The notes below the pieces were generated by a model, which saw nothing but the letters and a program-made list of their open reading frames with translations, was not told the DNA's origin and did not search any database. Positions 56,583 through 64,000 of a stretch of DNA of 64,000 nucleotides are shown piece after piece (positions within the stretch are counted from its first letter, which is position 1; each line of letters opens with the position of its first letter). The position numbers were made by a program, and so were the translations under genes. This stretch comes from Armatimonadota bacterium (lineage in GTDB: Bacteria > Armatimonadota > SYMT01): contig JAWLHY010000008.1 in the NCBI GenBank assembly GCA_041690135.1, forward strand, positions 224,001-288,000, written 5' to 3'.

Positions 56583-58430
56583 CTACTCTACCGTCACGCT
56601 CTTGGCGAGGTTTCGTGGCTGGTCGATTTCACAGCCGCCGTTGCGGGCAATGTAGTAGGCCAGCAGTTGGAGGGGAATGATGGCCAGGATCGGCATCAGG
56701 CTGTCATGGCTGTTCGGCACCCGGAAAACCTGATCGCTGGAGTGCTCGATCTCCGCGTCTCCTTCACGAGCGACGGTGAACACATAGGCGCCGCGGGCTT
56801 TGACCTCCTTCAGGTTGCTTGCCAGCTTTTCGCGGAGTGCATCCTGCGTTGCCACGGCGATGGCACTCACACTTTCGGTGACCAGCGCCAGTGTGCCATG
56901 CTTCATCTCACCGGCGGCCAACGCCTCGCTGTGGCGGTAACTGATCTCCTTCAGCTTGAGGGCTCCCTCCTGAGCTAGGGCGTAATCCAGACCGCGTCCC
57001 AGGAAGAAAAAGTCGTGGCAGTCGCTGAAGAACTCCGCGGCCCGAACGATCTCCTCTTCCTTAGCCAGGATACTCTCCACCTGTCCCGGTATGGCTGAAA
57101 GCGCCTCGAGCAGTGCGGCGACCTCGGCGGCGGGCAGTGCTTCACGAAGCTGCGTGAGATACAGCCCGAGGAGGGAGAGTGCGGTTAACTGGCTGGTATA
57201 TGCCTTCGTCGAGGCGACGCAGATCTCGGGGCCTGCCTGTGTGTAGAGAGCATGGTCGGCTTCCCGAGCCAGGGTACTGCCCACCACATTTACGAGGCCG
57301 ACCGTGGTAGACCCATGCGCCTGGGCCTCCCGCATGGCAGCCAGCGTATCGGCCGTTTCACCGGACTGGCTGATGAGCACCACGAGGGATCGCTCGTTGA
57401 GGACCGGCTCGCGGTAGCGGAATTCCGATGCCAACTCCGCCGCTACGGGGATGCGCAATCGTCGCTCCCAGGTTTGCGCGGCCACCAGTCCCGCATGGTA
57501 GGCGGTGCCGCAGCCCACGAGGTAGATGCGGTCGATGGCCTGTGCTTTCGCCGGATCGATTCCTAGCTCCGAAAGATCCACCCGTCCTTCCGCAATGCGG
57601 CCACGCAGGGTGTCCCGAATGGTGGAAGGTTGCTCGTGGATCTCCTTGAGCATGAAATGGTCGTAGCCCTGTTTCTCGGCGGCGGCCGAGTCCCAGGTCA
57701 CCCGCATGGGCTCGCGTTTCACTTCCCCGCCGCGCAGGCTGCGGATCGTCACGCCAGTGGGCCGGATCACCGCGAGATCGTGGTCCTCCAGTACCAGCAC
57801 GTCGCGGGTATAAGGCAACAGAGCGGGAATGTCGGAAGCCACGAAGTACTCTCCATCCCCGAGGCCCACCACGAGCGGGCTATCTTTCCGCGCCGCCACG
57901 AGTAGATCCGGGTGGTCGGCGCTAACAACCACGATGGCGAATGAGCCGCGCACCCGGGCGAGTGCATCCCGGACCGCCTGTTCGAGGTCGCCTTCGTAGT
58001 ACTCGGCGATCAGGTGGGGCAGGACTTCGGTATCCGTCTCGCTGCGAAACTCGTGACCCTGGCCCTGAAGCCACCCCCGCAGCTCGACGTAGTTCTCGAT
58101 GATACCGTTGTGACACACCACGATCTTGCCGCTATCGTCCGGGTGCGGGTGTGCATTCGGCGTGGAAGGGCGACCGTGCGTGGCCCAACGCGTATGGGCG
58201 ATGGCCAGGCGTGCCTCCGGCATCCCGCCGTTCAACTTATCGACCAGCGCCTGGAGTTTCCCTTCCGTTTTCACGATCTGGATCTCTACCGCCCGCAGAT
58301 CCACTTCCCCGGCGGACCGAACGGCCGCCACGCCCGCGGAGTCGTAGCCCCGGTATTCCAAACGCCGCAGTTGATCGACGACCACCGGCACGGCGGACCG
58401 GCTCCCAAGGTATCCTGCTATTCCACACAT
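56583..58430 (-). CDS. glmS: Glutamine-fructose-6-phosphate aminotransferase
   Basis: MCGI, LEYRGYDSAG, HTRWATHG, SQSGETADT, ASTKAY, PRNLAKSVTVE. Confidence 0.99.
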   Translation of the reverse strand: MCGIAGYLGSRSAVPVVVDQLRRLEYRGYDSAGVAAVRSAGEVDLRAVEIQIVKTEGKLQALVDKLNGGMPEARLAIAHTRWATHGRPSTPNAHPHPDDSGKIVVCHNGIIENYVELRGWLQGQGHEFRSETDTEVLPHLIAEYYEGDLEQAVRDALARVRGSFAIVVVSADHPDLLVAARKDSPLVVGLGDGEYFVASDIPALLPYTRDVLVLEDHDLAVIRPTGVTIRSLRGGEVKREPMRVTWDSAAAEKQGYDHFMLKEIHEQPSTIRDTLRGRIAEGRVDLSELGIDPAKAQAIDRIYLVGCGTAYHAGLVAAQTWERRLRIPVAAELASEFRYREPVLNERSLVVLISQSGETADTLAAMREAQAHGSTTVGLVNVVGSTLAREADHALYTQAGPEICVASTKAYTSQLTALSLLGLYLTQLREALPAAEVAALLEALSAIPGQVESILAKEEEIVRAAEFFSDCHDFFFLGRGLDYALAQEGALKLKEISYRHSEALAAGEMKHGTLALVTESVSAIAVATQDALREKLASNLKEVKARGAYVFTVAREGDAEIEHSSDQVFRVPNSHDSLMPILAIIPLQLLAYYIARNGGCEIDQPRNLAKSVTVE

Positions 58431-58520
58431 CGCATCCCTCCTGACTTCATTTCGCCTCGGTTATGAGGCTGTTCAACTTTCACCAGCACCGGCAAACCTG
58501 CTCCTGAACAGGTTTGCTCC

Positions 58521-59501
58521 TCAAACTTGCTCAGCTCGGGACGCAGATGGCCCCAACACAGCCTGACAGACAACCGCTCCTTCACTTTCCCGGAGGGTGA
58601 CTTCCGCTGTCGGAAAGGCGGCCTCCAGCATGCGGCACAAACCGTCTTGCTGCGTCCTATCCACCTCGGAATCCGAGACCACCCGGATCGACCGTTTGCC
58701 TCGGAACTGTCCCAGTGAGTGGACTTCATGCGCTTGCAACCCCAGACGGTTGCGGAAAAGCTTGGAATGATCGGCAACCAGGGTCAGGTCTTCCGCCAAC
58801 TCCGCCATCAGCCGCTTCTGCAGGCGCTCCTGCGACTCGTCGGTAAACAAGCGCCCATCCCCGGTGACGTGGTTGACGTCCAGCACGCAGTGGGTGCCCC
58901 GAAACTGGGGAAGCGGCTCATCCAGGGGGCGATTCTCGGCCTCACTACCAGCCAGGGCACGCAACGCACGCGCGGTCTCATCGCCCGAGACGGCTGCATA
59001 GTCGGGTTGGAACTCCCCTCCCAGCAGGCGCACCGACACGCCGCGCGCCCCGGCCAGCGCGTAGGCAGCCGCGACGCTGGGGGTCCAGACGATCAGATCC
59101 AGGCCGTTTTGCTCCGAGAGTTGATCGGCAACGTAGTAGGTTGTCGTTCCGGCATCAAGCAGCAGGACGCGTAGGTCCGGCTGGCAGGTAAGCTCCCGGG
59201 CGACGGCGCGCGCAATGGCTATTTTGGATTCGGCCCGTCGCTGCAGGCGGGTGGCAAAGAGCGACCGACCGGGTTGAAGCGGATCGGACGGCCGCGCGGC
59301 ATAGGTCCCCCGCGCCAACTTACGAATCCCGGCAAGAGCACAGAGTGCCGTAAGGTCACTCCGAAGGGTCACCTCACTCACCCCGAACTCGGTCATTCCC
59401 ATCCCGATCAGCTCACTGATCGGGACCGGGCGGTCCTGATCGTTGATGTATTCCAGGAGGCGCACCATGCGGCTCGCCCGATCTTCCATCGGCACGGTCA
59501 A
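58521..59501 (-). CDS. DeoR/GlpR family transcriptional regulator (GlmR-like by context)
   Basis: FGVSEVTLRSDL HTH, KIAIA, LLDAGTTT, LLGG, ADHSK; directly upstream of glmS. Confidence 0.85.
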   Translation of the reverse strand: MTVPMEDRASRMVRLLEYINDQDRPVPISELIGMGMTEFGVSEVTLRSDLTALCALAGIRKLARGTYAARPSDPLQPGRSLFATRLQRRAESKIAIARAVARELTCQPDLRVLLLDAGTTTYYVADQLSEQNGLDLIVWTPSVAAAYALAGARGVSVRLLGGEFQPDYAAVSGDETARALRALAGSEAENRPLDEPLPQFRGTHCVLDVNHVTGDGRLFTDESQERLQKRLMAELAEDLTLVADHSKLFRNRLGLQAHEVHSLGQFRGKRSIRVVSDSEVDRTQQDGLCRMLEAAFPTAEVTLRESEGAVVCQAVLGPSASRAEQV

Positions 59502-59561
59502 CTCCCCACCGGGACCCGGCTCACGCTACCCGGCTCTTCCTTTCCAATTATGCCCCGGTTA

Positions 59562-59610
59562 GTTTCGAAATACTCGCTATTTCATAAGATATATCGGCAA
59601 ATTTCGAAAG
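59562..59610. promoter_or_regulatory. Paired TTTCGAAA palindromes, candidate DeoR operator
   Basis: TTTCGAAA at 59563-59570 and 59602-59609 in an AT-rich promoter region. Confidence 0.55.
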
Positions 59611-59703
59611 CGATTGCAGTCTGCGACGCGGCCCAATCGTGCCTGTCCCTTGCTTGACCTGTTTTTAAGCGACTGGTACTGGGGAGCTATACCGAATCTG
59701 GAG

Positions 59704-59740
59704 AAAAAGAAAACCGCAGGCGCCCGAAGCGCCTGCGGTT
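59704..59740 (-). terminator. Rho-independent terminator
   Basis: AACCGCAGGCGC-ccgaa-GCGCCTGCGGTT with an A-run on its left (U-tract on the minus strand). Confidence 0.8.
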
Positions 59741-59779
59741 ATTACCTTTAGCCGGGGGAAGCCGGCCACGATCGCTATC

Positions 59780-60463
59780 TTAGCGGAAGCGGATTGCGTA
59801 GTTCAGGCTGCCGCCGAACCGGTCGAGGTCCACCAGGTAGAGCATCACGTTGAACGCCCCGGACTGGTAGCGGCCACCGACGTTGACTTCGCCGTTCGCC
59901 ACGTCCACGAGACCGCTCAGGTTGGGTCCGAAGAAGAGTTCAGCCCCACCGAAGACCTCTTCATCGTAGATTCCGCCGCCGAAGCCGAAATGGCCCTTAA
60001 GCGCGAAATCCTGGTCCGTATCCTGGCGAGTGAAGTACTTGCTCGCAACCACATACCAGCTCTGGCCGATGTCCAGCGAGTCCGCCACGTCGATCACACC
60101 CACGGCCAGCGCGGGAATGGTGTCGGTCTCCTGCAGGAACGTGAGCTTCAGGTTGCCGAGCACTTCGGTGCTGGCATTGTCAAAGTCGAGGACGGAAACG
60201 CCGGCCTCGAAACCCAGCCGGTCGGCACCCCAGCCACCCAACACGCCGCCGCCAATGAAATCACCGTTACCGGTGAAGTAGGCAGTGGCCGTGCCGTCGC
60301 GCTGCGAGTAGGCGCTGGGGATGGTGATCAGGCCGCTGGCACCGAAGACGTTGGCAATCCGGGACTCGGACGCGGGGCGAGCCTCTTCGTCCACCTCATC
60401 GCCGGCGAATGCCGGAGCGGCGAACAAAAAGCTCGCCAAAAACAAAGCAAAGGCTTTGCGCAT
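59780..60463 (-). CDS. YjbH-like outer-membrane beta-barrel protein
   Basis: Signal peptide, GASGLITIPSA, PALAVG..D, YVVASK, FGGAE, terminal Phe. Confidence 0.7.
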   Translation of the reverse strand: MRKAFALFLASFLFAAPAFAGDEVDEEARPASESRIANVFGASGLITIPSAYSQRDGTATAYFTGNGDFIGGGVLGGWGADRLGFEAGVSVLDFDNASTEVLGNLKLTFLQETDTIPALAVGVIDVADSLDIGQSWYVVASKYFTRQDTDQDFALKGHFGFGGGIYDEEVFGGAELFFGPNLSGLVDVANGEVNVGGRYQSGAFNVMLYLVDLDRFGGSLNYAIRFR

Positions 60464-60885
60464 TGATTAACTCTCCTGATTCCCGGCAGGCAGGCGTTTA
60501 TTCCTAGTTCCAACACCCGCTCCGGGCCCGAGTAGTTATATCCTAGGTCGGCACCGGGTAAACCACACGAACGCTAACCTGACGACCGGCTAACCGCGAA
60601 TTCCTTCCAGGATGGGTTAAGATCGACCTAAGAGCCGCCTTGGGAAATAGCGAAGGGTGGTGAATCGAGCCCTTTGCAGATTTCTTGCGGGCGATGGCCG
60701 GCGAACAGGGCGGCCGGGGCTTCATCCCTTCAAGGTAAAGAAGCAGGCACGTCGTTCGCCGGGATAGCGGCGCCCGTAGGCACAGGTAGGGAACCCTGTC
60801 TCTCCGCGTAAGTAACTACACGGGATAGGACGGCTGTAAACGCCCTTTTCGCGGTTGCAGGGTAAGTGGGGGGAGCGGGTGACCG

Positions 60886-62262
60886 TCAGTTGTCGACGAT
60901 CACCCGGCGGCGCGCGGAGGTGACGGAGGTAAAGCTCGCATCCAAACCACGGACTTCCAACAGATGCTCACCATTGGGAAGGCGCGTGGTGTCCCATTCC
61001 CAGAGATAGGGAGGGACGTTGGTCGTTCGCACGACACGTCCGTTGAGCAGGAAGTGCACTTCCCGAATTCCTTCTCCCATCACGTTGGCGGTGATAGTGA
61101 CCTTGCCGCGCTGGGGGCTTTCCGCCAGTGGGGTCGCGGCCATGAGGAGCCGGCGCTGCACCGCGGGGCGAGGCAGATCGGCGTAAATGATCCGGATGTG
61201 CGTGATTCCGGTTTTGCAGGTCCGGCCACCGCCGAACGCCGCTTCGATGGCTTTGGGCAACTCCGCCTCTTGGATGGTGCCGCGAAGGTCCGGAAGGGGT
61301 TCCCACGGGCCTTCATCAATCCGCACCTCTACCCGCGTCTGCTTTCCGTCCTGCGGGTCGGCCGTGGAGAGGAAGACCGGCATTCCAAACAATGTCGAAA
61401 CGGGAGGCCGACCCGTGTCCTCGGTCACGCCTTCCACCAGGATTTGCGAAGCGGGGTGTGTCGTGCCCTGCAGGGCGGGCTCGGAAGGCTGAATGACAAA
61501 ACCGCCGCGCTCTTCGGTCGGTTCTCCGTTGGCGTCCAGCTTGCGCGCGGTTGAAGCAGTGGACACGATTACCGCCGTGGGCGACCAGGCGAGTACGCGC
61601 CCGGACCCCGCACGCTCCGTGCCGGAATACCTGCCGATCCCCTTGAGCGGTTGTTTGACCCGCCCCAATAAGCGGGGCAACGCATCCGGACGGGTAAGGA
61701 CGACTTCCCCGTCCGGCTTGTTTTCCAGGGTGATGACCGGGACCTCGCCACCACTGGGCTGGGACACCACAATCAACAGCCGGTCTCCCACGCGCGGTGT
61801 GTAGGGAGAGGGGAGAGGCTGAGGCCCCTCCTCCCGCTCGACGAGGAGGGCACTTCCCACGGGAGGCGCCGCCCAGCGGAACAGGCTGCCACGGGCGGAA
61901 ATGTCGGTCGTAATGGTGGACGCGGATTCGGGTTCCCCTTGCGCGAGGATGCGAAGCGACCGCACGGCGCTCTTGACGGCCGGCAATCGCAGGAGCAGGG
62001 AATTGCCCGTAATTCCCGCCACCGCACCCGGCGGCACCAGGCTAAGAACGTTGCTGGCAATCGCGGACGTGCTTGCGGGATGGGTCACTTTGCCCAAACC
62101 GTCCCAGGTGGCGCCCCGATCCGAACTGAGCTCGATGGCGCCTCCGGCTTCGTTCACCACGCGGATACGGTACAGCTCCGGCGCAGGCTGCTCGTCCTGG
62201 GCCGCCGCAGGACTTGCGCCGACCAGTAGTAGCAGGATGACGAGCAGCCCGCGAAGCATCAT
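60886..62262 (-). CDS. Secreted hypothetical protein with internal repeat and C-terminal Ig-like domain
   Basis: ATGA overlap with the upstream stop; signal peptide; C-terminal V.F..NG...PPY..WDT...NGEH.L.V. Confidence 0.75.
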   Translation of the reverse strand: MMLRGLLVILLLLVGASPAAAQDEQPAPELYRIRVVNEAGGAIELSSDRGATWDGLGKVTHPASTSAIASNVLSLVPPGAVAGITGNSLLLRLPAVKSAVRSLRILAQGEPESASTITTDISARGSLFRWAAPPVGSALLVEREEGPQPLPSPYTPRVGDRLLIVVSQPSGGEVPVITLENKPDGEVVLTRPDALPRLLGRVKQPLKGIGRYSGTERAGSGRVLAWSPTAVIVSTASTARKLDANGEPTEERGGFVIQPSEPALQGTTHPASQILVEGVTEDTGRPPVSTLFGMPVFLSTADPQDGKQTRVEVRIDEGPWEPLPDLRGTIQEAELPKAIEAAFGGGRTCKTGITHIRIIYADLPRPAVQRRLLMAATPLAESPQRGKVTITANVMGEGIREVHFLLNGRVVRTTNVPPYLWEWDTTRLPNGEHLLEVRGLDASFTSVTSARRRVIVDN

Positions 62263-63992
62263 TGCCCCGAGGGAAGCGGCTCCAGCACCTTGCGGGTCTG
62301 CTGAATGGCCGTCCGCAGACCGGGAACATCGTGCGGGGCGCGCTTGGGTCTTGAGAAGAGGTCGGACAGTATGTTCCACCAGTTGTATTCTTCGATGTAG
62401 ACCAGGTCGAAAAGCATCACTCCCTGGCTGTTCTGCGTCGCGGCCAGCAAAGCCTTGCGGAATTCATCCGGTTTTCCGTAATAGTCCAGAACCTGGATTC
62501 CCGCGTAGAGGAACGTCGCGTCGTTGATGGCCTTCAGCGAGAGTTGGGCGGCTGCTTCGACGGTTCGTTCTTCGTCTTCGCCCAATTGCCGCGCGTCGTC
62601 TCGGCTTGAGGTGCGGTAGTAGCAACCCGTGGTGAGCCAATCCACCTTCCGCGCATAACCCGTGGACGGGTAGGTGGGCGTCATCCAATCGTAACCGGCC
62701 ACGAAATCTTCCGCGCCCCAGTTCACACCGACCCCGAAATACTCCTCGTACCAGGAGCCGACGTAAGCCGCGAGTGCCAGCCCGGGGCGACTGCGCTGCA
62801 CCACCTCTCGCGCCTCTTCGACAAACCGGGTGATATTGCGTGCCCGCCATTCGAGCCATTCTTTGAAGTAGGGCCCGCGGACGATCGGACGACCCGGGAT
62901 GGCGTCGTACGTGTAGATATCCTGGGGAAAGTTCTCCACTTTCTTTCCCAGGTACTCTTCGAACTGCTGGCGCGAGAGCGGCGAGAAATCGGTGCGAAGG
63001 CTGGAATAGCGCATGCGGTCGAGCACGATGCCGTCGAGCGCGTAATCGTTCGCCAGCTCCCGGATAATGCTGAGCAGGTAAGCGCGTGCCTCCGGGTGCG
63101 ACGGATTTACGAATCCGCCCACCCGCTCGGAAGGCGCTTCCAGAATGGGCTGCAGCACTTCCTTGCCCGTAAACGTCAGCGGTTGGCCCACTTCCACGTG
63201 TTCCAGCAGCCAGCGAGCCCCGGTTCCGCGACCCACCAGTAGATAACCATCGGAAGGCACGGTGAGGCGTCCCAGCTCGGTGAGACCGCCATCCACCAGC
63301 GCCGTCACCCGGTTGCCCTCCACCACCACCGCCGCGTCTTCGGGGCCGAGCACCTTGGTTTGCTGGTGTGCCGGCGTGTAAACGACGAGCTCGTCCTTTT
63401 CAGGGCCCTGGTTCTCACCGACCGCCAGGGGGGCGGAAGCGCCACTCGGAGTGTAGACGGTTCGCTGGATGTCGTAGACGATCGCCTGCCACTCCGGCCG
63501 TTCATACAGCGGACCGGATTTCAGCAACTTGTGAGCATCGCTGAAGACGTTGATGCCCGCATAGACCCGAATGCCCCGCCGGCGCCCCTCCAACATGGCC
63601 ATCAGCAGAAGATCGTGGCCCGGCGGATAGGCAAACCCCTTCCACTCCTGCAGACGCGGGGCGATCTTGCTGTTGTACAGGACGTGCCCGCTCAAGGGTT
63701 TGACGTCCACGACAACCGTGTTGATGTTGGCGTCCCGGCACTTCTGAAAGATCTCGGACACGCCTTCCGGGGTGGACAGCTTCACCAGGTTCGCCGTCCC
63801 ATCCATCCACATTACCCGGCCCTCCAGGTTGGCCTGGCGAGTGATGGCGGTGGTGAGATTGGCGATGCGGGCGTTCTTCATGGCAGCGGTTTCTTCGGCC
63901 GCGAAGGCGCTATCCACGACCTGCAGGCCCAACCCAAGCGCGAACAGCCCGGCGGCCAGGGCGCGAGTCGCAGTGAAACGTGACCGCCACAT
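62259..63992 (-). CDS. GHL10 (DUF187) family glycoside hydrolase-like protein
   Basis: RVMWMDG, NTVVVDVK, VNPSHPEAR, YALDGIVLDRMRY; signal peptide. Confidence 0.85.
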   Translation of the reverse strand: MWRSRFTATRALAAGLFALGLGLQVVDSAFAAEETAAMKNARIANLTTAITRQANLEGRVMWMDGTANLVKLSTPEGVSEIFQKCRDANINTVVVDVKPLSGHVLYNSKIAPRLQEWKGFAYPPGHDLLLMAMLEGRRRGIRVYAGINVFSDAHKLLKSGPLYERPEWQAIVYDIQRTVYTPSGASAPLAVGENQGPEKDELVVYTPAHQQTKVLGPEDAAVVVEGNRVTALVDGGLTELGRLTVPSDGYLLVGRGTGARWLLEHVEVGQPLTFTGKEVLQPILEAPSERVGGFVNPSHPEARAYLLSIIRELANDYALDGIVLDRMRYSSLRTDFSPLSRQQFEEYLGKKVENFPQDIYTYDAIPGRPIVRGPYFKEWLEWRARNITRFVEEAREVVQRSRPGLALAAYVGSWYEEYFGVGVNWGAEDFVAGYDWMTPTYPSTGYARKVDWLTTGCYYRTSSRDDARQLGEDEERTVEAAAQLSLKAINDATFLYAGIQVLDYYGKPDEFRKALLAATQNSQGVMLFDLVYIEEYNWWNILSDLFSRPKRAPHDVPGLRTAIQQTRKVLEPLPSGQ

Positions 63993-64000
63993 CCCGCTCA

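Noticed and set aside
58431-58520. glmS ribozyme
   Set aside because: Gap is only 90 bp and lacks the AGCGCC and GACGAGG core.

Overview
GC-rich bacterial chromosomal window, mostly housekeeping and envelope genes. The mix of pdxST, futalosine mqnA, GerMN, a YjbH-like outer-membrane barrel and type IV minor pilins suggests a diderm Terrabacteria lineage such as Armatimonadota (inference only). Contents in order: a partial Gfo/Idh/MocA oxidoreductase; a PaoABC/YagTSR-like molybdo-flavoenzyme operon invaded by short repeats, one of them in frame inside the Mo subunit; rluD; a candidate unclassified sRNA; sanA; an M29 aminopeptidase; mqnA; a GtrA-YfhO glycosylation pair; the dcyD-pdxS-pdxT-X-metK-priA-def-fmt run; a dnaA homologue without dnaN; an M42 peptidase and an enolase-superfamily dehydratase; two paralogous Pro-tailed secreted proteins; a VIT-vWA protein; two tandem three-gene minor-pilin cassettes; an orphan ABC-type ATPase; ppdK-eno-pyk-ftsB; a sugar ABC permease and binding protein; DeoR-glmS; and a GHL10/Ig/YjbH trio. 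No tRNA, rRNA, CRISPR array or transposase was seen. Best leads: (1) the DnaA homologue with an Hda-like N-terminal clamp-binding motif and an altered DNA-recognition helix; (2) the duplicated pilin-tip cassettes with Ca-binding-type repeats; (3) the palindromic element translated in frame in the Mo subunit; (4) the candidate sRNA and the switch-like metK leader. All calls come from reading motifs by eye; no searches were run.
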